From Flavobacterium sp. (GTDB lineage: Bacteria > Bacteroidota > Bacteroidia > Flavobacteriales > Flavobacteriaceae): a DNA stretch of 47,971 nucleotides. Positions 28,660 through 37,906 of the stretch are shown here, one piece after another. How positions within the stretch are numbered: the stretch's first letter is position 1; each line of letters begins with the position of its first letter. The DNA lies in NCBI GenBank assembly GCA_965662615.1, contig CBFIIG010000001.1, positions 1 to 47,971 on the forward strand, given 5' to 3'. The notes below the pieces were generated by a model. That model did no database searches. It was given only the letters and a program-made list of their open reading frames with translations, and was not told where the DNA came from. Position numbers and translations under genes: made by a program.

Positions 28660-29754
28660 TTAAACATTAAAACGGAAGTGCATCACATCACCGTCTTTAA
28701 CTATGTATTCTTTACCTTCAACTCTTAATTTTCCTGCTTCTTTTACTTTACCCTCTGTTCCAAAAGCAACATAATCTTCATATGCAATTACTTCGGCTCT
28801 AATGAATCCTTTTTCGAAATCGGTATGAATTACTCCAGCCGCTTGTGGCGCTGTAGAACCAACATTAATTGTCCAAGCTCTAACTTCTTTCACACCTGCT
28901 GTAAAATAAGTCTGTAAGTTTAATAATTTATAGGCTGCACGAATTAAAACTGCCGAACCTGGCTCTGTTAAACCCATATCTTCTAAGAAAACCTGACGCT
29001 CTTCGTAGCTTTCTAATTCGGTAATATCTGCTTCTGCCCCTACCGATAAAATAATTACTTCTGCGTTTTCGTCTTTTACTAATTCCTTTACTTGCTCAAC
29101 ATAGGCATTTCCGTTTACCGCAGAAGATTCATCAACATTACAAACATACAAAACAGGTTTATTTGTAATCAACTGAAACTCTTCCATCATTACTACTTCG
29201 TCTGCATTTTGTGGAACTACTGTTCTAGCCGATTTTGCTTCTAATAAAGTTGCTCTAACACGATCTAATAATGCTTTTTCTGCTTGCGCTTCTTTATTTC
29301 CTGTTTTTGCAGCTCGGTTCGTTTTTTCTAAACGCTTTTCAACCGTTTCTAAATCTTTTAACTGCAACTCAATATCAATGGTTTCTTTATCTCTAATTGG
29401 ATTTACATTACCATCTACATGCACAATATTGTCGTTATCAAAACAACGCAATACGTGTATAATTGCATTACATTCTCTAATATTTCCTAAAAACTGATTT
29501 CCTAAACCTTCACCTTTACTTGCTCCTTTAACCAAACCAGCAATATCTACAATATCTACAGTTGCCATTTGAACACGTTCTGGCTTTACAAGTTCTTCTA
29601 GTTTGTTAATTCTTGGATCGGGTACATTTACCACGCCAATATTTGGCTCAATAGTACAAAACGGAAAGTTAGCACTTTGCGCTTTGGCATTAGATAAACA
29701 ATTAAATAAAGTTGATTTTCCAACATTTGGTAATCCTACAATTCCTGCTTTCAT
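28660..29754 (-). CDS. ychF: Redox-regulated ribosome-binding ATPase YchF
   Basis: GLPNVGKST, FPFCTIEPN, DIAGLV, TGS domain ending DGDVMHFRFNV. Confidence 0.98.
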   Translation of the reverse strand: MKAGIVGLPNVGKSTLFNCLSNAKAQSANFPFCTIEPNIGVVNVPDPRINKLEELVKPERVQMATVDIVDIAGLVKGASKGEGLGNQFLGNIRECNAIIHVLRCFDNDNIVHVDGNVNPIRDKETIDIELQLKDLETVEKRLEKTNRAAKTGNKEAQAEKALLDRVRATLLEAKSARTVVPQNADEVVMMEEFQLITNKPVLYVCNVDESSAVNGNAYVEQVKELVKDENAEVIILSVGAEADITELESYEERQVFLEDMGLTEPGSAVLIRAAYKLLNLQTYFTAGVKEVRAWTINVGSTAPQAAGVIHTDFEKGFIRAEVIAYEDYVAFGTEGKVKEAGKLRVEGKEYIVKDGDVMHFRFNV

Positions 29755-29797
29755 ATAATTAAGTTAACGGAAATACTAAGTATTTTTTAATAAAGTG

Positions 29798-29805
29798 CAA
29801 ATATA
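29798..29805 (-). promoter_or_regulatory. -7 promoter box for ychF
   Basis: TATATTTG on minus strand. Confidence 0.65.
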
Positions 29806-29841
29806 GTTTTATTAATTTATAAAAGTAAAAAACTAAAGTGC

Positions 29842-29866
29842 AAAAAAAAGCCCGATACAATCGGGC
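29842..29866 (-). terminator. Intrinsic terminator after the ferredoxin gene
   Basis: Stem gcccgat-aca-atcgggc followed by T8 on the minus strand. Confidence 0.8.
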
Positions 29867-29872
29867 AATAAA

Positions 29873-30223
29873 TTATTCGTTATGTAAAAACGCTTGTCGG
29901 TTTAAAAGTGTTTCTTCACTTTCTACATGAGCATCGTCTGGAACGCAACAATCTACTGGACATACCGCAGCACATTGAGGTTCATCGTGAAAACCTTTAC
30001 ACTCTGTACATTTACCAGGTACTATATAATATAAATCGTCCGATATAGGGTTTTGAGCCGCATCAGAATCTACTTCAGTGCCGTCTGGTAAAACTACTTT
30101 ACCACTTAAAGCCGTACCGTCTTTCCAGCGCCAATCGTCTGCACCTTCATAAATTGCAGTATTTGGACATTCGGGTTCACAAGCCCCACAATTTATACAT
30201 TCGTCTGTTATAATAATTGCCAT
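29873..30223 (-). CDS. 2[4Fe-4S] ferredoxin (YfhL-like)
   Basis: [12 protein letters not shown] and CTECKG...CAAVCP. Confidence 0.93.
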   Translation of the reverse strand: MAIIITDECINCGACEPECPNTAIYEGADDWRWKDGTALSGKVVLPDGTEVDSDAAQNPISDDLYYIVPGKCTECKGFHDEPQCAAVCPVDCCVPDDAHVESEETLLNRQAFLHNE

Positions 30224-30290
30224 AAATCTTTATTTTTAAACAGCATTATAATGAATTGATTATAAATTCTTCTAATGCTAATAAATGTGT

Positions 30291-30308
30291 TATTTTTGCA
30301 CAAAATTA
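30291..30308. promoter_or_regulatory. Overlapping face-to-face -7 boxes for the reductase (+) and ferredoxin (-)
   Basis: TATTTTTG (+, 30291-30298) and TAATTTTG (-, 30301-30308). Confidence 0.6.
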
Positions 30309-30339
30309 CAATCAAAACACAATATAAACAAACGCAAAC

Positions 30340-31398
30340 ATGGAACAATTAGAAATAAAAAAAGCTTTTGCAGAATTAGGTGTTTTTTTAGGACAATTTA
30401 ATACTGAAAAAAACACCGAAAATCCAGCTGCAAAAAACAACACTTTATTTTTTTCTGCGTTTGAAGATTTAATAGAATTATCGGTTTCACACAACGGCTG
30501 GTTCACAAAAAGCGAAGTGTGTTTTGCGGTACAATCTTGGGCAAAAGCTTTAACTGAAAACAACCTAAATCAATGGTTTACACCTTATAATTTTAATTAT
30601 TCAGAAACAAAAAACGTAGGAATGGTATTGGCTGGAAATATTCCATTAGTAGGATTCCATGATTTTTTATCGGTGCTAATTTCGGGTCATAATGCTTTAA
30701 TTAAAACTTCCTCGAACGACCAACATTTGATAAAATTTTTAGCCAACTATTTAATTACTTTAGATGGTAGGTTTAATAAAAAAATAACTTTTGTTGAAGG
30801 TAAATTAGAAAATTTTGATGCTGTAATAGCAACAGGAAGTAACAATACCGCGCGCTATTTTGAACATTATTTTAAAAACAAACCCAATATAATTAGAAAA
30901 AACAGAAACTCAGTTGCTATTTTAACTGGTAACGAAACCAAAGACGAATTAGAAGCATTGGGTGAAGATATTTTTAGATATTTTGGCTTAGGATGCCGAA
31001 ATGTATCAAAGCTTTTTGTTCCTAGAGATTATGATTTTAAATTGTTCTTTGAAGCCATTTATAAATTTAAAGACGTTGTTTTTTATGAAAAATATGCCAA
31101 TAATTACGATTATAATAAAGCTGTTTTTTTAATGAGTTTGTTTAAACTTTTAGACAATGAATTTTTAACCTTAAAAGAAGATGAAGGTTATGCATCGCCA
31201 ATATCTAGTGTGTTTTATGAAAGATACGATGAATTAAATAGTGTTTTAGAAAAATTAGAAAAAGACCAAGATAAAATTCAATGTGTAGTTTCTAAAAATC
31301 TAACTCAAAACAGTATCTCTTTTGGTGAAACCCAAAAACCAAATTTATGGGACTATGCAGATAATGTAGATACTTTAACATTTTTAAGTAAAATATAA
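30340..31398 (+). CDS. LuxC-like acyl-CoA reductase
   Basis: AGNIPLVG, IATGS, putative catalytic Cys in GLGCRNVSK. Confidence 0.85.
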   Translation: MEQLEIKKAFAELGVFLGQFNTEKNTENPAAKNNTLFFSAFEDLIELSVSHNGWFTKSEVCFAVQSWAKALTENNLNQWFTPYNFNYSETKNVGMVLAGNIPLVGFHDFLSVLISGHNALIKTSSNDQHLIKFLANYLITLDGRFNKKITFVEGKLENFDAVIATGSNNTARYFEHYFKNKPNIIRKNRNSVAILTGNETKDELEALGEDIFRYFGLGCRNVSKLFVPRDYDFKLFFEAIYKFKDVVFYEKYANNYDYNKAVFLMSLFKLLDNEFLTLKEDEGYASPISSVFYERYDELNSVLEKLEKDQDKIQCVVSKNLTQNSISFGETQKPNLWDYADNVDTLTFLSKI

Positions 31399-31521
31399 TA
31401 CCTATTCATTTCAACTATAACGTTATTGTTGATAAAATAAAGCTATTATTAATAACTTATTCTGTTCTAACTTATCTAAAAACACGAATTTTGTAACATC
31501 TAACTATCACACCTCAAAATA

Positions 31522-32598
31522 ATGAAAATACACAATTTTAGTGCAGGTCCTTGCATTTTACCTCAAGAAGTTTTTGAACAAGCTGCTGCTGCCGTTTTAA
31601 ACTTTAACAATAGTGGATTATCCATTTTAGAAATATCTCATAGAAGCAAAGATTTTGTTGCAGTAATGGAAGAAGCAAGAGCCTTAGCTTTAGAATTAAT
31701 GGAATTGGACAATAATAAATACACAGCCCTTTTTTTACAAGGTGGTGCAAGTTTAGAATTCTTAAGAGTTCCACAAAACTTTTTAAATAAAGACAAAACT
31801 GCAGCTTATTTAGACACCGGAACATGGGCAAGCGGTGCTGCAAAAGTTGCTAAAGATTTTGGAAATATAGATGTTATTGCATCTTCTAAAGACACAAACT
31901 ACAGTTATATACCTAAAGAATATGCTGTACCTTCGGATGCTGCTTATCTTCATTTTACATCAAACAACACCATTTTTGGAACCCAATTTAAATCGGTTCC
32001 GCAAACTAAAATACCTTTGGTTTGTGATATGAGTTCTGACATTTTCTCAAGAAAAATAGATTATAGCAAATTTGACTTAATTTATGCAGGTGCTCAAAAA
32101 AACATGGGGCCAGCAGGTGTAACTCTTGTTGTAATTAAAAATTCCTTTTTAGAGACAGCAAATACTAATATACCTGCAATTTTGGGGTACAAAAGCCATG
32201 CTTCAAAAGACAGCATGTATAATACACCTCCCGTTTTTGCAGTTTACACCTCTTTATTAACCTTGCAATGGTTGAAAAATAATGGCGGAATTGAAGCTAT
32301 TGAAGCTAAAAATGAAGCTAAAGCTGAAATTTTATATACTGAAATAGATAGAAACCCACTTTTTGAAGGTGTTGCTAATAAAGAAGACCGTTCTAATATG
32401 AATGCTACTTTTGTTTTAAAAGATGAGGCACATAAAGAAACATTTGATGCATTATGCAAAAATGCAGGAATAAGTGGTTTAAACGGACACCGCTCAGTAG
32501 GTGGATATAGAGCCTCTATGTATAATGCTTTAAGTATTGAGAGTGTTCAGACTTTGGTGGATCAAATGCAAAAATTAGAAAACACAATTACAAAATAA
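31522..32598 (+). CDS. serC: Phosphoserine aminotransferase
   Basis: NFSAGP, EISHRS, DMSSD, GAQKNMGP, NTPP, GHRSVGG.RAS.YNA. Confidence 0.97.
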   Translation: MKIHNFSAGPCILPQEVFEQAAAAVLNFNNSGLSILEISHRSKDFVAVMEEARALALELMELDNNKYTALFLQGGASLEFLRVPQNFLNKDKTAAYLDTGTWASGAAKVAKDFGNIDVIASSKDTNYSYIPKEYAVPSDAAYLHFTSNNTIFGTQFKSVPQTKIPLVCDMSSDIFSRKIDYSKFDLIYAGAQKNMGPAGVTLVVIKNSFLETANTNIPAILGYKSHASKDSMYNTPPVFAVYTSLLTLQWLKNNGGIEAIEAKNEAKAEILYTEIDRNPLFEGVANKEDRSNMNATFVLKDEAHKETFDALCKNAGISGLNGHRSVGGYRASMYNALSIESVQTLVDQMQKLENTITK

Positions 32599-32603
32599 AA
32601 AAA

Positions 32604-33554
32604 ATGAAAGTATTAGCAAACGACGGAATTTCAGCAAGCGGAATTAAAAAATTAGAAGAAAAAGGAATACAAGTAATTACCACTAAAGTTGCTCAAGAAC
32701 AAGTAGCTAACTTTATAAACGAAAATAATATTTCGGCACTATTAGTAAGAAGTGCTACTAAGGTAAATAAAGAAATAATAGACAATTGCCCTGGCTTAAA
32801 AGTGATAGGTAGAGGTGGTGTTGGAATGGATAATATTGAAGTTGATTACGCTAAAAGTAAAGGGATTAGTGTAATAAACACACCTGGTGCTTCTTCTGCA
32901 TCAGTTGCAGAATTGGTATTTGCTCATTTATTCTCAGGTATTCGTTTTTTACACGATTCTAATAGAAATATGCCTCTTGAAGGTGATTCGAACTTTAATG
33001 GATTAAAAAAAGCGTATGCCGCCGGTGCTGAATTAAGAGGAAAAACATTAGGTATTATAGGCTTTGGAAGAATAGGGCAAGCTGTTGCTAAAAACGCTAT
33101 AGGATTAGGTATGAAAGTTTTAGCTTTTGATAGCTATATGGAAAAAGCAACTATAACTCTTGATTTTTTTGATGGACAAATGGCATCATTCGAAATTGCA
33201 ACTGTTTCTAAAGAGGAAGTTTTGAAGAATGCAGATTTTATCACCTTACATGTACCTGGCCAAAATGATTATGTAATTGGTGAGAATGAAATAAATAAAA
33301 TGAAAAAAGGAGCTGCAATTGTAAACGCTGCTCGAGGTGGTGTTGTTGACGAAGTAGCCATTGTAAAAGCACTGGACGAAGGACAATTGAGTTTTGTAGG
33401 TTTAGATGTTTTTGAAAAAGAACCTCAACCAGAAATTACTTTACTAATGCATCCAAAATTATCATTAACACCTCATATTGGTGCTGCAACACTAGAAGCG
33501 CAAGACCGAATAGGGGAAGAATTAGCAGATAATCTGATAAATTTACTTATGTAA
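32604..33554 (+). CDS. serA: D-3-phosphoglycerate dehydrogenase (short form, no ACT domain)
   Basis: RGGVGMDNI, GIIGFGRIG, NAARGG, DVF..EP, TPHIGA.T.EAQ; follows serC. Confidence 0.88.
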   Translation: MKVLANDGISASGIKKLEEKGIQVITTKVAQEQVANFINENNISALLVRSATKVNKEIIDNCPGLKVIGRGGVGMDNIEVDYAKSKGISVINTPGASSASVAELVFAHLFSGIRFLHDSNRNMPLEGDSNFNGLKKAYAAGAELRGKTLGIIGFGRIGQAVAKNAIGLGMKVLAFDSYMEKATITLDFFDGQMASFEIATVSKEEVLKNADFITLHVPGQNDYVIGENEINKMKKGAAIVNAARGGVVDEVAIVKALDEGQLSFVGLDVFEKEPQPEITLLMHPKLSLTPHIGAATLEAQDRIGEELADNLINLLM

Positions 33555-33595
33555 TAAATTCTATATACTTTTCTAAAAATTATAAAAAGAAAGGT

Positions 33596-34168
33596 ATGTT
33601 AGAACAATTATTAAATTTAGTAAAAGAACACGGAACAGATGCTGTTGTAAAAAACAATGCTGTACCAAACGAAATTAACGACAACGTAATGTCCGAAGCT
33701 AGTACATCTATTTTAGATGGGCTAAAAGATATGGTTTCGCAAGGAAAAATTGAAGACCTAGCAGGTTTATTAAAAGGTGGAAATCTTTCTTCTGACAACC
33801 CTGCTTTAAGCGGAATATCAAATAAAGTGAGTGAAAACTTAGGTTCTAAATTTGGACTTTCTAGTGAAACTACATCTAGTATTGCTAGTAGTTTACTACC
33901 AAAAGTATTAGGAAGTCTTTTTGGAAAAGCACAAGACCCAAATGAAAAAGGTTTTGATATAAGCACTATTTTAGGCGCTTTAACAGGTGGTAACAAAGAG
34001 GAAGAAAGCGGACTTATGGGCGCTATTTCTAAATATGGCGGAATGGTTGGTTTAGATCAAAACGGAGATGGAAAGGTTGATTTAAGCGATGCTCTTTCTG
34101 CAGTAAGTGGAAACGGTAAAAAAGGTGGACTTGGTGGTTTACTTGGTGGACTTTTTGGAAAAAAATAA
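33596..34168 (+). CDS. DUF937-like Gly/Leu-rich protein with an EF-hand-like loop
   Basis: Helical GGL-rich composition; DQNGDGKVDLSD. Confidence 0.65.
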   Translation: MLEQLLNLVKEHGTDAVVKNNAVPNEINDNVMSEASTSILDGLKDMVSQGKIEDLAGLLKGGNLSSDNPALSGISNKVSENLGSKFGLSSETTSSIASSLLPKVLGSLFGKAQDPNEKGFDISTILGALTGGNKEEESGLMGAISKYGGMVGLDQNGDGKVDLSDALSAVSGNGKKGGLGGLLGGLFGKK

Positions 34169-34186
34169 ATTACCAAACAAAGATAG

Positions 34187-34212
34187 AAGCACTGCAATTG
34201 CAGTGCTTTTTT
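34187..34212 (+). terminator. Intrinsic terminator after serC-serA-DUF937
   Basis: Perfect palindrome aagcactgcaattgcagtgctt running into a T tract. Confidence 0.85.
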
Positions 34213-34255
34213 GTTTAATTATAGTTTATACTATTTTCGTTTAAATAGTAATTAG

Positions 34256-34263
34256 TACATTTG
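34256..34263 (+). promoter_or_regulatory. -7 promoter box
   Basis: TACATTTG. Confidence 0.65.
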
Positions 34264-34288
34264 CAATTGTAAATGCCTACAATTTAAA

Positions 34289-34618
34289 ATGAAAAAACTT
34301 AAAGAACGTTGGAATATAGATAGTAACCTACAAATTATACTTATTTTATCAGTATTTGCAATTACTGGGTCAACAGCAGCATATATTTCTAAACCTATAA
34401 TGACGTTTATAAATCTTAACAAAGAAAATACTAGCGCATTTATATATTGGCCTTTTAGAATTTTAATACTTTTTCCTATTTACCAAATACTATTAGTGTT
34501 TGTGGGCTGGTTATTTGGTCAATTCAGTTTTTTTTGGGAATTCGAAAAAAAAATGTTGAGCCGTTTAAGACTCAACATTATTATTAATTGGGTAGAAAAA
34601 AGGATATCAAATAAATAA
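34289..34618 (+). CDS. DUF6787-like membrane protein
   Basis: VFAITGS, PIYQ.LL, FGQF.FFW.FEKKM. Confidence 0.7.
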   Translation: MKKLKERWNIDSNLQIILILSVFAITGSTAAYISKPIMTFINLNKENTSAFIYWPFRILILFPIYQILLVFVGWLFGQFSFFWEFEKKMLSRLRLNIIINWVEKRISNK

Positions 34619-34656
34619 AAAAATTAAGATTCTAATATTTATTTAACTTTCCTAAT

Positions 34657-36321
34657 TTACTGGTATACTCTTACGTAATCAACCTCCATAGCACTTTCTA
34701 CAAAAGCAGGATCAATTGCTCCACCAAATGTACCACCCATAGCAACATTTAATATCATAAAAAAGTCTGCATTGAAAGGGGTAGTTGAAGTGTTTGTAAA
34801 TGTATGAAATGGGATATCATCTACAAAAAACTTAATTTGATTTGGACTCCACTCTACACTATACAAATGAAACTCTGATGATGCATTAGATATTGTTATA
34901 TTATCAGTAATACCATTCCCAGCAGAATTATCAGGATAGTGCAAAGTTCCATGAATAATATTTGGCTCATTACCTTTGTGTTCCATAATATCTATTTCTC
35001 CACAAGCTGGCCATCCAACTGTTGAAAAATTAGAACCAAGCATCCAAATAGCTGGCCAAGTACCACCTCCTGAAGGTAGTTTTGCTCTTACTTCTACTTT
35101 ACCATATGTAAAATCATACAAACCTTCTGTTTTTAATCTTGCCGAAGTATATGAAGAACCGTTTAAGTCTTCTGCCTTAGCTGTAATTTTTAAAGTTCCG
35201 TTAGAAACAACTGAATTAGAACTTGAATTAGTATAGTATTGAGATTCTCCATTACCCCATCCACCTGCACCGATGTCGTAAGTCCATTTTGTAGGGTCTG
35301 GCGCTCCATCCGTATCAAATTCATCAAACCAAACTAAGTCTGTATATTCATCTGGACCGTTGCCTGCTACCTGATCAACGTATGGTGTAGTTGTAAATAT
35401 ATGATACCAAGCTAAAGCAGGGTCATTACCTGCTACAAAACGAACAGCTAATCTGTCATTTGTAATAGATATTATTTCATATGTGCTTTGTCCAACATAA
35501 TACCCCATAAATCCATTATCACTAAATTGCATTTCAGTACCTCTCATTTGACCTGGAACACCATTTTGAACGGCTAATGAATTTGAAGGTGCTAAAGAAA
35601 CCGTTTTTTGACCTGTAGTATCAAAGTTATAACAAAAATCATAACCTGCAGATCCACCACCAACACTTTCGAACGCAGCGTTAAAAAAGGTAGAACCTCC
35701 GTTGTTAAGTTCATATTTTAGAATATCGTTTTCTAAATAAAAAGTTAGTTCATTATCATATAAGCAAGAGCTTTCAGCTGAAGCTGCCTTTTCAAAAGGA
35801 ACAGCACCATAATAATTTGGCCAGAAATTATTTGCAGCATCTGCATTATTCGGACCTACACCTAAATGAGCTGGCTCAAAAGCTGCAAAATACCATTTTT
35901 TTGTACTTCCTCCAGTTAAAAAACCAACAGCTTCAACATCACTAAAAGTGCTTAAAACTGTAACATTTAGAGTTTTAGAAGAAGACAAGCCTCCTGTTCC
36001 TTTTGCTACTACTGTAACTTCATAAGTATTTACACCTGTTGATGTAAACCTTTTTTGATAGGTATTAGAAGAAGTGTTGTTTGAAGTACCGTCTTCAAAA
36101 ATGTATTCATAGCTTATTGCATTTTTTGCAGAAGTTGTAAAAGTTACAAAACCAGAGCCGTCGCCATCTGGATTATCTGTGTCTTGTCCTTGTATAGCAA
36201 CACTAACTTCAAAATCTGTTGGTGCTAATATTGCACCAAAAGTTTGGTCATCATCTTGGCAATTAGAAAATGCTAATAACAAGACAATTAAATAGGTTAT
36301 TTTTTTTATTGTATTTTTCAT
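34657..36321 (-). CDS. Lipoprotein endo-beta-1,3-glucanase (laminarinase), PKD-like + accessory domain + GH16
   Basis: Catalytic WPACGEIDIMEH (EIDxxE), WPAIWMLG, DYVRVYQ; lipobox FSNC. Confidence 0.93.
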   Translation of the reverse strand: MKNTIKKITYLIVLLLAFSNCQDDDQTFGAILAPTDFEVSVAIQGQDTDNPDGDGSGFVTFTTSAKNAISYEYIFEDGTSNNTSSNTYQKRFTSTGVNTYEVTVVAKGTGGLSSSKTLNVTVLSTFSDVEAVGFLTGGSTKKWYFAAFEPAHLGVGPNNADAANNFWPNYYGAVPFEKAASAESSCLYDNELTFYLENDILKYELNNGGSTFFNAAFESVGGGSAGYDFCYNFDTTGQKTVSLAPSNSLAVQNGVPGQMRGTEMQFSDNGFMGYYVGQSTYEIISITNDRLAVRFVAGNDPALAWYHIFTTTPYVDQVAGNGPDEYTDLVWFDEFDTDGAPDPTKWTYDIGAGGWGNGESQYYTNSSSNSVVSNGTLKITAKAEDLNGSSYTSARLKTEGLYDFTYGKVEVRAKLPSGGGTWPAIWMLGSNFSTVGWPACGEIDIMEHKGNEPNIIHGTLHYPDNSAGNGITDNITISNASSEFHLYSVEWSPNQIKFFVDDIPFHTFTNTSTTPFNADFFMILNVAMGGTFGGAIDPAFVESAMEVDYVRVYQ

Positions 36322-36334
36322 CTTTTTTTATTTT

Positions 36335-37888
36335 TTAATTAGTCAATTCTATATCGTCAAAATAGAAGGTATTAGCGGTTCCGTTATTTCCAAAATCGAA
36401 AAACAAAACTACTTTTTGATAGTTGTTTGCACTGTTTATTCCTGTTAAATCGAAGGTTATGGTTTCCCAACCATTGGCTACCGTTGTAGTTTGAGTAACT
36501 TCTACAAAAACATTAGAATCACTACTGTTTTCTAGCTTTAACAATACATTTACACCAGCAACTGGCGACCACGATTTAATTTTTATTTTTTGCATTGATG
36601 TAAAGTCAATTGGATTATCCAATTCTACTAAACAACCTGCCCATGTTTGAGCAGCTGCTGGTTTATCAAACATACCCACATTTGCAGATGTATTTATACC
36701 AGTTGCATCTGGGTTAGCAATTACTCCTGCTCCAGCACCACCAAAACTATCAATAGTATAAGTTAGTAAACTGTTTTCAAAAGTAATAGGCATTGCAAAT
36801 TCTGGCAAACCATTACTTTGTTGAATATCGTCAAAATAAAAGTCGGCGCCTGTTCCTGCGTTTCCAAAATCAAAAAATAAAGCAATACGTTGGTATTCGT
36901 TACCATTATTAGCAGCAGAAAAATCGAAAGTTAATTCTTCCCAAGCATTGCTAGTAGAGGTAACTTGATCAATTTCCATATTTATATTTGGGTCTGATGC
37001 ATTTTCTATTTTAAACTTAACTGTAGCTCCTGCAATTGGAGACCATACTTTAAGTGTAATGTTATTTAGGGAACTAAAATCAACTACTTCATCAATTAAC
37101 ATTGTAGTTCCTGCCCATACTTCAGCACCAGCTCCTTTTGTATGTTTAGCAACGGTAGCGCTTGTATTTAAACCGCTACTATCTGGATTAGAAACTTTAG
37201 AAGTTCCTCCACCTCCAAAATCGCCAAAAGCATAAGAAAGTGTTGGTGATTCGAAATTTATAGGAAAAAGCAAAGGGTCTGAAACACTAAATGAATGTGT
37301 ATCGGTTGTAGTATTTACACCACCACTAAAAGCGGTTACTGTTATTGTATAATCGCCTAAAGAAGAATAAGTATGAGAAACTACATCACCTTGATTAAAT
37401 TGAACAGGTACTTGAGCTGGATCTTCTCCGAAAGTAACTTCAAAATAGGTTTCATAATCTGCAGTTGCAGAAACATTTACCATATATGAGTTTCCAAGTT
37501 GAGCGGCTACATTTAAAACTAAATTTTCTGGTGCAATAAACATTACATCTATAGTTTCTGTAATAGAAGTTGAATTACCGTTTAAGGTATAGGCAGTAAT
37601 TATAACATCGTACTGTCCTTCTGCATAGTTATGTTGGATTTGTTCGCCAACTGCTATTGGGTTTGATAGGTCTGAATTATCCCCAAAATCTAAAACGAAA
37701 TAAGAAACTCCTTCTCCATTAGGTCTTATAGTTACATTACCACTATTATCTTGAGCAATGGTAACTAATGCGCTAATATTTGATGGATTTTCAATATTAT
37801 CTATGTTTTCTGTAGAAAAATCATCTTCAGAACAGCCTAAAAACAAGGCAAAAACTAAGAGTAAATTAAATAAATATATTTTTTTCAT
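36335..37888 (-). CDS. Surface glycan-binding lipoprotein with two Ig/PKD-like domains and two tandem CBM-like modules
   Basis: Lipobox FLGC; internal duplication (P..FE...FGG...NPD..G.NTSA...WAG...FYFDDI); lies downstream of susD. Confidence 0.8.
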   Translation of the reverse strand: MKKIYLFNLLLVFALFLGCSEDDFSTENIDNIENPSNISALVTIAQDNSGNVTIRPNGEGVSYFVLDFGDNSDLSNPIAVGEQIQHNYAEGQYDVIITAYTLNGNSTSITETIDVMFIAPENLVLNVAAQLGNSYMVNVSATADYETYFEVTFGEDPAQVPVQFNQGDVVSHTYSSLGDYTITVTAFSGGVNTTTDTHSFSVSDPLLFPINFESPTLSYAFGDFGGGGTSKVSNPDSSGLNTSATVAKHTKGAGAEVWAGTTMLIDEVVDFSSLNNITLKVWSPIAGATVKFKIENASDPNINMEIDQVTSTSNAWEELTFDFSAANNGNEYQRIALFFDFGNAGTGADFYFDDIQQSNGLPEFAMPITFENSLLTYTIDSFGGAGAGVIANPDATGINTSANVGMFDKPAAAQTWAGCLVELDNPIDFTSMQKIKIKSWSPVAGVNVLLKLENSSDSNVFVEVTQTTTVANGWETITFDLTGINSANNYQKVVLFFDFGNNGTANTFYFDDIELTN

Positions 37889-37906
37889 AATACTATTTTT
37901 TGAATA

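Noticed and set aside
31417-31456. DnaA-box-like 9-mer (tgttgataa, 31427-31435) and short AT palindromes upstream of serC
   Set aside because: One imperfect box in AT-rich DNA; too little to call an origin or operator
33580-33996. 138-aa minus-strand ORF
   Set aside because: Antisense to the DUF937-like gene, which has the better start context and operon position
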